Below are positions 36,263-48,419 of a stretch of 64,000 nt of DNA, in pieces. Every line of letters starts with the position of its first letter. Position 1 is the stretch's first letter. The notes beneath the pieces are model-generated. The model was not told where the DNA came from and made no database searches. It saw only the letters and a list, made by a program, of their open reading frames with translations. This stretch comes from Balanoglossus misakiensis (Eukaryota > Animalia > Hemichordata), in contig CM082590.2 of NCBI GenBank assembly GCA_040954595.2, forward strand, positions 6,076,001 through 6,140,000, given 5' to 3'. The position numbers were made by a program, and so were the translations under genes.

Positions 36263-38686
36263 TTAATGAACTCAAAAAGCAAATTAACTCAACTATGTTG
36301 GGGAGGACAAATTTAGCCTTCGCCAATCAAAGTTAGCATTGGTGGGGGGGGGGGGCAAGTACTCTGCCCAGCTACACCAGGCAATACATGAAAGGTGTGA
36401 AAGAATGAAAGGGGTGGGTGTGGGAAGGGGTGTCCCCCTCTGACATTACAAAATTTTGTAATATAACAATCTCCAAACCGCAATTTTTTGTCCCTAAAGT
36501 TGGGGGGGGGGGGGGGCAAAAGTATTTCTTTGCCCCCCCCCCCCCCCCCCCCCAAACACACACACTTCAGAATTGGAGGGGGGCAAGTGACCACCCCTCC
36601 CCCCTCCTGGTTCCTATGCCTATGGAGGCGAAATTGTGGAAATGTATGTCTGCTTGGGACCATTATGCAACGCTTTGGGGTATAGTTTTGTCACTGTCAG
36701 TGTGCCCTCTAAGCCCATATGATGCACCACTGACTCACTGGTGACTCAAGGAAATTATCCACAATACATGCAAAGTACAGACTCAGAGAATTTTTTACAA
36801 ATCTTCAAATTGACTCAAAGCTTTAACAAATTATGTTTGTTTAGAGAACACTGCAGGTAACATTGGCAAGCAGATATGACCTAACCATATCTAAATATGG
36901 AAATGTGTAAAAGAAATAGAACTATAGGAACATGCCCAATCAATTGTCATGTGTCAAGGCAATCCTACAAGCAGTGCAACTTCTTTCAAGCAGCCCTGGG
37001 ACAGACAGTCAGAGACACTCACTGACCTTAGACTCTCTCACAGCCCACGGTTCGCTACAAGGCTCTTTACTGACGCGCCCTCAACCGGCCATCTTGAAAT
37101 TGTTTCGACCATATGTGATTTTCATCACTCACTTAGGTAGCTTAAAACCTATTTAAGTTAGGGAGAATTGCGGGAAAGTGATTGGCTTTAGAGTGTGCAT
37201 GTATGGTAGCTGATCAGTGGCCTTCGTCTCTTCTTTTGTGAAATGTATAAGTGAACGGCCTGTGTAGGTATCTGAGTCTCATTGCAAAAACAAAAAAATG
37301 GCCAGACGCAAAACACCCAGACAGTCTGGTTCACTCTTGAATTGGCACACGTTCAACTGTCAACCCAATTGCATTTGGGTGAAACCAGGTCACGATGATT
37401 AACAAGGCCTTCTTTATACACTCAGTGCCCGCACCGTGATGTCAATGAAAGGAGAGCTCTTTGGAAGATGATTTCTTTTACTTGTATTCAGAGGAAGCAT
37501 TTCATTGTACACGTTAACACCAGTGCTATTTTTCACACGTGTTCAATTAAAGGGACAAAGTCTCTCTCTCTCGCTGCCCTTTTTCTATTAATTATGTTTG
37601 ATACAAGACACTGTTAATGTTATTCTACATGTGGATGTATAGTGAATCAACGTTCGATCAGTTTTTACGGCCGGGGGGCCGGCAAAATCCAGGGGGGGGG
37701 GGGGGTCATTTAAATTTTGAAGTCCGAAAGGGGGGGTCATCTGTTTTTTTTAAACGTTTAGGGGGGTCACATACTTTTACCACCGAACTTTTGCTTTTGA
37801 GTCCACAAAATTGCAGTTTCGCGCCCTTTATTTGACAACATTTTCTAATGTGCGAGGGGGACACCCCCTCCCACACCCACCCCCTCCATTCTTCGCCACA
37901 TATCATTTATTCGCTGGTTGCACATGCACTCATATTAAGGGTGTATAATGCCTGTGTATAGTTCACTGCCTTCATCAGCATGGACTAATGGTAGTACAGT
38001 GTGAAACAAATAATTATGATAATTAGCCCAAAAGTTGCAGCTTATGTGCCTTTAAAGAAAGTAATGTAAATTTAAAAAAACAAACAACATATATCTGATT
38101 GATACTTTTTGTTATGTTTTAGCATTATGAAGCTGACTTTTCATTCTTGTTTTGTAAACCAATCATCTTGTGCAGGTGGTGTAGAACTGTTTCTAGTCGA
38201 ACACCATTAACATCAATGGAATAAAAAACACAGTCATTTGATTAAGCCATGAACAATGTATTTAGCTGAATACAACTTCTCTACTGGCGAAATCTGACGC
38301 ATGGAACGCCAGAGACAAAGAACATGTAGAAGAATATGTAGAACTTCATGACCTCTGCGCGTGATCTGTGCCGTACAGAAGTTATCTTTATGAGTGATGC
38401 GGTGTATTGAAAGGAACTACTTTTTTCATTCTCTCTGTACGTGTTGTCGGTCATTCCATGGACGTCCATGGTCATTCTTGTGATGAAGGACAGTCATCTG
38501 TGTGGTTTATCTCACAAAACAATGCATTCCAAACAATGGTGTTTGTTGACCCTGGCCCGGTTTCTTTTACAATAACGTGCTCATCAAACCGCGACTTCAT
38601 AAGTGTACTCACGGTCACCAAACTCAAAGGTGCACTTTATAGTACAGTATAACCCAGAAAGTATATCTCGGTTTTTTGGCAACGAA

Positions 38687-38735
38687 CCAATCAGTCTTGT
38701 TATGCAAAACACTTTGTCGCACTGTTTATATATAG
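38687..38735 (+). promoter_or_regulatory. CCAAT and TATA boxes of the secreted-protein gene
   Basis: CCAAT 38687-38691 and TATATATAG 38727-38735, ~95 bp upstream of AAAATGGG|gtaggt. Confidence 0.55.
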
Positions 38736-38828
38736 AGAGTTCTGTTGCCATCGGCCCAGTAGTGCGCGCACTTCTGCATTGAAGACAACTTCCAAATACA
38801 TCACTGTTTGTAACACTGAAGCTGAAAA

Positions 38829-41800
38829 ATGGGGTAGGTTTCAAAACTCAGTGGCTTTATTTGGCTAACATACTCTTTGCTGCCATGACGAAATTATCGC
38901 TTGCTGACATTTTCGTTTTACTCAGTATCGTTGTGATGGATCAAATGCTTTGGTCTTTTTTGTTAAATATCTGCATTGATAACTTCAACATTTGCTTTAC
39001 GTGAACTTGGTGAACTTTTTATCTTTAAACTTTGTTAAAGGGACAAAGTGTCTCTCGCTGCCCTTTTTCCATTAATAATCTTTGATAAGAGACACTGTTT
39101 ATATTATTCTACAAGTGGATATATAGTGAGTCAACGTTCAATCACACACAACTTCAATCCAACTTGAAGATACGAGAGTGATAAACTCGCCAAAATGAAT
39201 AATCGGTGTTTACCTTTTACTCATTTTGGCGAGATGTTTACTCTTATATCCTACAAACGGGATGAAAGTTGTGTGTGGTCGAATATTGATTCACTATATA
39301 TCCACATGTAGAATAACATAAACAGTATCTTACATCAAACATAATTAATGGAAAAAAGGGCGGCGAGAGAGAAACTTTGTCCCTTTAATATGGGGATCGG
39401 AGCAGTAGAGGACTCAGAAAACCTCCGGTACTTACGCCTTATGCCATTCCACTTACGTTGCCAGCGGGTCCCCTTGTATTCCTTCATGAAATCAACTTCT
39501 ACCACGTAGAATATTATCACCATGTACACGTTTCTTAGGTTGGGAAAGAGCACTTATATTTAGCGATTTTAATACTTGTATATAGTTCAGTGCCTACATT
39601 TGCATGGGCTAATGTTCGTACAGTTTGAAAACAAATTATGATAATTATCCCAAAAGTTGCAGCTTATGTGCCTATAAAGGCCTTACTCAACAGTGGGTCA
39701 AATCTTTTGTTTCCAATAAACAGTTACGTGCTAAGACAAAGGCTTTCATGTTTGAATCCATTGTACTCCCCTGGGATCGAGAGATGGGCTTTTAATGAAG
39801 GTATTTCCTTGAACAAATTGCGTGTATTGAATACAGACGAGAGAAACACAAGATGTGACTGACGCTGCGCGTTTGTAATGTTTCACTCCTTTTATTTGCA
39901 TTCATTCATTCAATCAATCACAGGTCCCTCTGCCTGCCACTGGCTCTCGTCTCCCTACTCGGTTTCCTGTCTATATGCCAGGCTCAAATTCCAGGTATGT
40001 ATACACTGCAAAAAATATAGCTGCAAGCAGCAGTAGCGGGGCCCTCGCCAAACTGGCACATGGCGTGAATGGGGTCAACATAGGTCAACCATCGAATTTG
40101 CGCACCATAACAGTGGATGAGGTCAAGTGTAAGACTCCATTAGGTGTTCTATCCCTCCAAATGCCAAGGCTCTATCTGCTGTGGATGTCGAGATATGGGA
40201 AAGTAGGTCAGGGTCACCTAAGGTCACCCAAAATTTTGGCAGAACATTTTGACCCCATACTGGTTCATGTCCAACATAAACCAGACCTCTAGCCCTATTG
40301 GTCCACCTGGAATTAGGTATGCACATAATTAACCTTCGATTGTGATTCGTCAATACGCCATCACGTGACCTTAGTCATTTTGAACTGTTCCCTTGGGCAT
40401 CAATTCGATCGGTTTCTGCCCGGTACTGTTGCCCCGTCTTGATATAATTCCGTGTTTGGTGTGTTATAAAACACATGATGACTGACATATTCGGGCAACA
40501 GTGTACTTTTGATGACCTCGGGACTGCCAGTCACACCAAAACATTCTGTTTTCCCTCGGGCATAAAACAAGTCTGTTTTAGTTGTGACTAGCAGCGCCCT
40601 CAGTCATCAAAAATACACTGTTGCCGTCATTGTCAGTCATCATGTGTATACTGATCACTGGGCGTAACCGTTCACGCTGTGTACCAGCCAGCCAATCAAT
40701 TCCCAAAAGTAGTTCCGGTCACACAATGAAAATCGGTCCATGTATTTCCACTAGTAAAATAGACCCTGAAGACTCGTCATACCCTCACTGTTAAACACAA
40801 GCAGGTGGGAACAAACCATTAAATAGTGATAATAACAAATAAATGCGTCATCAATTACGAATTAATATTTAATTATGTACAAATGTAGAAATCAGTGTTG
40901 TTGTTTTTCGTGTTTCAGATGACATGACAGCGACAACGTTAACGGTAACCGTACCAGACCCAACAACAGGTGGATTTACTGATGGGACGAGTGTATTAAC
41001 CACCTTTACACTGGCATATACTGTAACAGGGGCTGGAGCAACACCTAGCGCTGTGAAGATCTACTTCAGCAACGCTGACGGCTCAACAAAGTCGGGTGAA
41101 GTCACGGCAGGTGGTATGGATGCACCGCGCGGCACTATACAATACGGAGCTTCTGGGAGTTTCCGGGACCTCACGGCTTCGCTAATACTCTACACCGCTA
41201 ACTGTGCCGCATACACCAAACTGTGTGCTGCCATCACAGTGACGGATGATGACGCCACCAACAACGAGGCGTGTGTTGACTTTGGCGCTGCCGCTGACAA
41301 AGCCGGCACCAAAATCTGTAGTGAGTATTCAATTATTGCGGAACTATTCTTTACTATCAATCACGTGATCTGGCCACTGAAACAAATGGATGTAAATGTA
41401 CTCCACTGAGACATTATAGTTTTCTTTTTCATTGAAATATTTCACTTTCTTTTTTTAAAATTGCATGAATTTCTGACTGTACTGAGATTTCTTTAATTTT
41501 TTGGCAATTTGTCATAAATGTTATATCTTAATATACTAACAGACACAATAAGCTCAATTGTCTCTAAGAAATACATTTACATAAGTGCAGAATGTTTGGA
41601 AAACATGAATATTCCTTTATCGTATCTGATTGTTATTAGACGGTGGTGACATGCATGCACATCATTAAAGGGACAAAGCCCCCTCTCGCTGCCCGTTTGC
41701 CATTAAAAGGACAAAGTCTCTCTCTCTTTAACCCCTTTCCATTAATTATATATGATACAAGACACTGTTTATTTTATTCTACATGTGGATATATAATGAA

Positions 41801-42701
41801 TCAACGTTCGACCACACACAACTTCCATCCCACTTGCAGACACGCGAGTGAAAAACTCACCAAAATGAATAATCGGTGTTTACCATTTATACATTTTGGC
41901 AAGATTTTTACTCTCCTATCTTTCAAACGGGATGGAAGATGTGTGTGGTTGAACGTTGATTCACTATATATCCACATATAGAATAACATAAACGGTGTAT
42001 CAAACATAATTAATGGAAAAAGGGCAGCGAGAGAGTGATTTGTCCTTTTAATTAACCCTAACACTGCTAAATCGGTTGAAACTGGTTTGATTTCCAGGGT
42101 GCCCAGAATCCTGGCTCCCAGGCCTGTTAGACTGCCAAGTGTGTGTTATTCAGTAGGGCCTATACAAGACCCTCAGACCAATACAGTGCAAATTGGTAAG
42201 ATGGCGGCGAGAGAGAGACTTTCTCCATTTAAATTTGAAACACAAATGAAAGTGCAAAGTTACTGAGCAACACCATGTCTTCCTTTTTAGATGATATTGC
42301 TGCTTCGACATTGACGGTAACATCGCCTGCTCCTGCAAGTGGGATATTCCGCGTTGGAGAATCCGTCTCCACCACTTTCACATTGGCATATACAGTAACT
42401 GGAAATGGCGGGTCGCCTCGTGACGTCAAAGTGTACTTCAGCAATGCCGATGGCTCCACGAAATCAACCGAAGTGACCGCGACTGGGAGCAATGCACCTG
42501 GCGGGACAGCAGTAACGGTGTCCGGAAGCTACGCTTATCTAGTCGCGTCACTTACCCTCGACACTACTAACTGCGATGCCTACACCAAAGTCTGTGGTTC
42601 AATCACAGTGACAGATGATGACGTCACCAACAACGTGGCCTGTGCTGGTTTTGGTACCACTGCTGCTCAGGCAGGGACGAAGAACTGCACTGCAGATGCA
42701 G
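38829..42701 (+). CDS. Secreted/cell-surface protein: signal peptide + two tandem ~135-aa Thr/Ala/Gly-rich, 4-Cys beta-sandwich-like (CARDB-like) domains. Model join(38829-38833,39924-39994,40919-41320,42291-42701..); 3' end unresolved
   Basis: ATGGG|gtaggt (phase 2) joined to cacag|G gives MGSLCLPLALVSLLGFLSICQAQIP, a hydrophobic signal peptide. Two phase 1-1 exons of 402 and 411 bp follow, sharing TTFTLAYTVTG, VK.YFSNADGSTKS.EVTA, C.AYTK.C, DDD.TNN.AC and AGTK.C. Confidence 0.8.
39039..39384. mobile_element. Palindromic Kolobok-like MITE (TTAA TSD)
   Basis: TTAA|AGGGACAAAG ... CTTTGTCCCT|TTAA with long internal inverted symmetry. A left fragment also occurs at ~37550-37660. Confidence 0.8.
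40012..40335 (+). mobile_element. 5' fragment of the Helentron-like family
   Basis: AATATAGCTGCAAGCAGCAGTAGCGGGCCC start; 40190-40330 is a reverse-complement match to 5040-5180 and 5280-5420. Confidence 0.55.
40468..40650. mobile_element. Short palindromic MITE
   Basis: ACACATGATGACTGACA...GGCAACAGTGT mirrored by ACACTGTTGCC...TGTCAGTCATCATGTGT. Confidence 0.6.
41669..42047. mobile_element. Second copy of the palindromic TTAA MITE, with a duplicated left tip
   Basis: TTAA|AGGGACAAAG...TTTGTCCTT|TTAA, colinear with 39039-39384. Confidence 0.75.
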
Positions 42702-42951
42702 GTAACGTCTGAATTTATTCAGTGTATGTCCAGCACCAGCAATGATGAAAAATTAAATCCCAAAAACGCACAGAATGGGGAAACATGCTCGTATGTTCCG
42801 GTTTTCTAAAACAGAATATAAAGGCTGATGGCTCAACTAAGTACAAATAACTTTTCTGATTATAGAGAAGAAATAGTACTTTTGGCTCTAAACTGATTTT
42901 CCTGGGGTGAATAATTATGTTTTTGTTGTTGATTGATTGTTTGTTTGTCTG

Positions 42952-42952
42952 G

Positions 42953-42984
<32 letters not shown>

Positions 42985-44130
42985 CAGTTCAGGTGCACAA
43001 CAGTGCACGTTTATTGCTTTCCAGGGCCTCCAGCCCATAAGCAAGGGGGTATAAAGGTAATAAGAAGATTGTACAAAAATGAATTAAATAATACATGTAC
43101 TCAAATAGTACAAGTGACAACATCAAAAAGCAAATGTGTGGAATTACATACTCAGGATACAAAGTGAGGAACTTAACAGCTTATTGTATGGATTCATGGT
43201 TTTTTAACACAGTTTCTCTAAGTTTAAAAGCATTGTAAACATAATTACATAGCGAAAGAGTCTTGGAGGATTCTGATGCACTCATGAAGTTTACAAACAT
43301 TTGGAAGTGAGGATTCTTAATGTCACCAATATATTGTTTTCTAAGATTATCATATAAGGGGCAAACAAGTAAAAAGTGATACTCGTCTTCTATTTGTTCA
43401 CCAGAGCATAGCCTACAGTGTCTCTCTGAAACGTCCACGTTCAGATGTATTTCCTCCTCTATTGCAAGAGGAAGGGCAGAACAGCGAAAACATGCAAAAA
43501 TTTGTTTGACATTTCGTGTACAGTTGACATTGAGATATTTTTCAGGCTGTAACAATGATTTAAAAAGTGTGTATGTACGGAGTTTAGTTTTGGACGAACA
43601 GTGGGACTTCCATTGTTGCTTCAAAATATCTGAAATTCTTGTCTCAAATGCTGAAGGAACAAACGCTTATCGCCTATTTCCTGGGAAATCCAGGCGTGCC
43701 CGAACCCATACAAAAATAAAATGTGTTTCACCGATGTTGCCCAAGAGTGACGGCCTAAACGGTCAAGATTACATAGCATTAAATATGCTTGCCTAGGGAG
43801 TCTTTCCTGTGGCATCTCAAAAAGTTTCACCCAGTAACGAATACAACATTTCATTGTGTGAACATACACTGGCAACCGCCCACATTCTCCAATTACAGCT
43901 TCATTGGTAGTGCTCCTTGGCACACCTAGAAAAATTCTGCACCATGTTCTTTGCACTTTTTCTATGATGTCATAAAACTGAAAACCCCAAATCTCTGATC
44001 CATAACAGAGAATGGGTAAGATCATGGCATCAAACACCTTGAAGTGACATTCAAATTGCAAATACCCTAGTTTCCACCTGGCAACTGACAGCAGGGTCAA
44101 CGTCTTGTTAGCTTGATTAGCCAATCACTC
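42952..44130 (-). mobile_element. 5'-truncated, frameshifted non-LTR retrotransposon (RTEX-like ORF2 C-terminus) with (CAA)n tail
   Basis: Minus-strand ORFs 43621-44124 (PILCYGSEIWGF, GECGRLP) and 43181-43624 (FRCSALPLAIE, CRLC...IEDEYHFLLVCPLY). AATAAA at ~43010 followed by (AAC)n on the minus strand. Confidence 0.8.
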
Positions 44131-44389
44131 AATAAATACATACATGTTTTGAAGAAGATGCAGTGGTTTAAAGTGCTGCCCAATAGGTGTACTTCCTAAG
44201 TACTGGCGACTTTAAAATGCAGTACTTTTGAAGTCAATCTGTTGTAACATGCACAATAATCTACAGGAAATGAACCAATGCAATCATGAAGAGAAATGAA
44301 GCTAAGGGTAAGTGATAAACACTGGTCCCTAATTTAAACTTGCCCATGTATTACATGAACAGTGGATGCATGTTATTAAATCAGATTTT

Positions 44390-45770
44390 ACACACTTGGA
44401 GTAGGTCGATCTTAAAAGTGTACCCTGTCGCCAATCATTACTCTACAACATATTCAAGACCCAATGTGTAATCTTCAAGAATAAATCAACTGGTGTGCCA
44501 AAAATAAAGTGGCAATATAACGAAAATGTCCATGTGAGATTTATGAATTACCTAGTTTGTATCAATAGCTACTGGCATTACTGTACGGGTAACAACTTTA
44601 AAAAATGTATGTAGTATCCCATCATGTTCTTAACAGTCTCTGAAAATAACAAGCTTTAAACGACATGTTTTCTTACTTTTCTAAATTTTTACCTATGACA
44701 CCTGATTTTCTACAGTGTTAAGCCTATGGGGCACAAACATTTTGGTTTCATAATTATATTTTTATAAATTTTGTCGGCATTGATTAAATATTAATGTACT
44801 CCAGAATAGATAATTTATATGTCTATTCTTCCTGAAAAAATCAGTACTAAATCTCCTTTATTGTACATCTTAGGGTTGGGTCTTAAGTTTTATCATTTGT
44901 TCTATTCTTTAACATGCATAAAAACAAAAGAATCACTTAAACATCACTTTTTTGTTGGCACAAATATTAATTTATTCTTAAGGACACCACATCAGGTCTG
45001 CAATATGTTTTAGGGCAGTAGTTGGCGATTTCAAAACAGGTTACACTTTAAAGATCGGCCCACTCTAAATGAGACAATGTAGACAAGAAGTTATAAAACT
45101 GTAATTATGAAAAATAATGTCAGTGCCCCATAGGCTTTACACTGTAGACAACAGGGTGTCATAGGTTAAAATTTTGGAAAGTAAGAAAACATGTTGTTTA
45201 AAGCTTGTTATTTTCAGAATGTGTTAAGAACATGATGGGATACTATTTTGACTCAATAGCTACTGGCATTACTGTACATGTAACAACTTTAAAAAAAATG
45301 TATGGAGTATCCCATCATGTTCTTTACACACTCTGAAAATAACAAGCTTTAAACAACATGTTTTCTTACTTTCCAAAATTTTAACCTATGACACCCTGTT
45401 GTCTACAGTGTAAAGCCTATGGGGCACTGACATTATTTTTCATAATTACGGTTTTATAACTTCTTGTCTACATTTTAAAAAAAATAATGTACTATAGCAT
45501 AGAAAATTCAAATGTCTATACATCCTGAAAAAAACAGTACTCAAGCTACTTTCATTGTACTAATCAGGATAGGGTCACAAATATTATAATTTGTCCTATT
45601 CTTTAACATGGATAAAAACAAAAGAATCACTTAAACATCACTTTATATTTAGCAAACCTATTAATTTATTCTAAAAGATACCAACTCGAGTCTTTAACAT
45701 GTTTTAGAGCAGTAATTGACGATTTCAAAACACGTTACACTTTAAAGATCGGCCCACTCTAAGTGAGTCA
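44390..45770. repeat. Nested direct and inverted repeats of a DNA-transposon remnant
   Basis: 44563-45068 and 45254-45765 are diverged direct repeats. 45076-45244 and 45306-45474 are near-perfect inverted repeats. Confidence 0.75.
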
Positions 45771-48419
45771 GAAGTGATGTAAACTTAACCTAAAAAAACT
45801 GAGGATTTTGCCTGTCACCAAAATCCCTAAGTACCTAACCCTACACACGAAAAAAAGACCATAACAAATTATAATCGTTGGCTCCCTGATTTCAATTCTA
45901 CGATTTTTGAAAAACGGTTTCAGCGGTTAGAGAGCCAAGATTATAAGCTTTAAAACCATATATTGGATTGTTAGATAACTGTTAGAATAAGCATAAGACG
46001 AAGCCTTTTATAAAAAGTATTTGTCTGCAATTCGCCGAAACCCGGAAGTGAGTGCAAAATACGATCGTAACAAATTGTAATCGTTGGCTCTCTGATTTTA
46101 TTTCTATGGTTTTTGGAAAACGGTTTTCAGGGTTAGAGAGCCCAGAATCTGAGCTTAAAAACTATGTATTTGATTGTAAGATATTCGTTAGAATAAGCAT
46201 AAAACAAACCGTTTTTCGCCGAGTTTTCAACATAAAACTTGTCCCCAAAAACTTATTCCTTTGTTTTTATACATGTTAAGTCATGGGAGTTATTTCAGTC
46301 TATTTTGCAGCATTATTTGAAATAATTAATGGTGTCCAATCTTTATAGTGTAAACTTTTCAATTTTCTATAACATCTCATAATGGTAATGCTTAAAATAA
46401 AAAATAATCTTAAAAAAGCAAAGTGTATATTTAAAAAAAAATCAGGATACAGTTAAGTTCGGGTGCACCACATACATGACAATAATTGGACAACTTCCCA
46501 TCCACCGATTTCAAAAGTGTAACCTGTTTTTAAAAGAACATTTTCATATCTACAACATATTGAACAATCAAAGTGAAAGCTTTAGAAATAAACAAACTGG
46601 TGTGCTCCGAACAAAACAAGCATGAACATTTTAAAATGGTATGTTTTTGTAACCTACAACTCACACACTTAGCGACCTTCAATTTTAAAACTGAAACTAG
46701 TTTTGAAATCTGTTATGTCAACTTTATTAAATATGTGGGTTTGACAGCTGTATGTTTAATAACAATGAAATTGCAACAATTTAGAAAAGTCGCATTTTCG
46801 CCCATAGACAATACACAGGTAACATCAAAGTGGTCCCCAACACAGGTGTATTTGAATAACTTTCCTAAATCTTGATGAATTTTAAAAAAATTAGTATAAA
46901 AAAAATCAGAATCAAAAATATTACAAACGTGCCAAAGGTTTGTCAAAATTCGGTGAAATAACGATTTTTATGCCAAAAATCATGCTTGTGAAGATTTTGT
47001 TTTTTTTTCTGATGCAGCCAGTTCACAGTAAGTATAAGAATTTTCCGAGCAAAGGTGATGTGAGGTGTTGTATTTGATTGACTGACCGCACATTCAGGAT
47101 GCGTCACAACAACCACAGCTATTCGTTTACACACAGCAAACATGCAAACAGCAGACAGCTATCAAATCCTGTCTGGAGGATTAAAGATAGTATTCGGTCA
47201 TACAAAATAAACAGGTCAACACTATCGCGACCACCATCCTACAATACAACCATAGACCGTAGAGTCTTTGATACAATCAAGCAAAACAAAATTGCATTGA
47301 TTAATTGCAGGTAGAGAAAATCTGCTAAATAATTTAATTAGAACTGGGCAAGAAAAGAACATGAACAGAAGACAAAATTGCAGCAAGGATAAAACATACT
47401 AGAATATGTTAAAGTAAATATTTAATCCTCTTTTGGTCAGTTATCAATGCTTCACAGCGCAGTGTCCGTCTCTAAAATTAAATAATTTTGGAAAGGAAGC
47501 TTAAGTGGGTAGGCCCTACGTGAATTGTTTGCTGGTGCCAGGAGTTGTTAGAATAAAATGACAATGTTTTTTTCTTAATTATCATGGCCCCTCCAATGAT
47601 GTTTTTGAACGCTGCCTTAAACCGTAATAGCCTACAAAAAAGCCAAACGTTGCAATTTACATGTCAGATGGTTAATAAAATATTTCCAGCATGAGTGTGT
47701 TCACCCTGCCTGACTTATATGTATTAGCTACTTACACCAAGATTTTCTGATGTGCAGTCAATGTGGCCTCTGTTTATATCAACAACTGATTATATTCTTA
47801 TATTCCGCCACAGATATAAAAATGTCAAGCTTAGAATGTAAGCGTAGTAAGCTGTTTATTTCAAATGTATTAGAAATGTTGAATGATATCATGCATTGAA
47901 AAACAATTCTGAGAAATGAATTAAACGGAATGGTGATAACATATTTCTGTTCCAACTGGTACCAGTGGCTGCGCTGGATCGCAGCCAGGTCATTGGTACA
48001 GGGACAATCAGATGGACTTTGTAATTAGAGACAGAGTCGTCAATAGTTGAAATAATTAGTTATTCCACACTGGACATTCTGTTAGGTCTGTCCGGAGTGA
48101 TTGACATCATTTTTTATCAGTTGAACTAAAAAATTAACCAATAAACAGCTTTGCACATTAACACACCCAGTCATTCTCATCTACCCACACCGGTTGTCGA
48201 CATTATTCGACTGGCCGTGAGCTGCATGAGATGTGGTGCTGTGTGACCGTGTAGAAACGTTCCGCCATTTGTTGTGACAGGTAAGATTGTATTTCTCTAT
48301 TGCTACTAACTCTGCTTTATATGTCTGCTGTAGGACTTAGTCAGAATAAGAGAGCGTTAAATATTTTAGACATGCAATACTTTATCAATGTGAAGAAACA
48401 AACTTCACGGTACTAATGC

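Noticed and set aside
36313-37906. Gly/Pro-rich ORFs
   Set aside because: Artefacts of poly-G/poly-C tracts in interspersed repeats.
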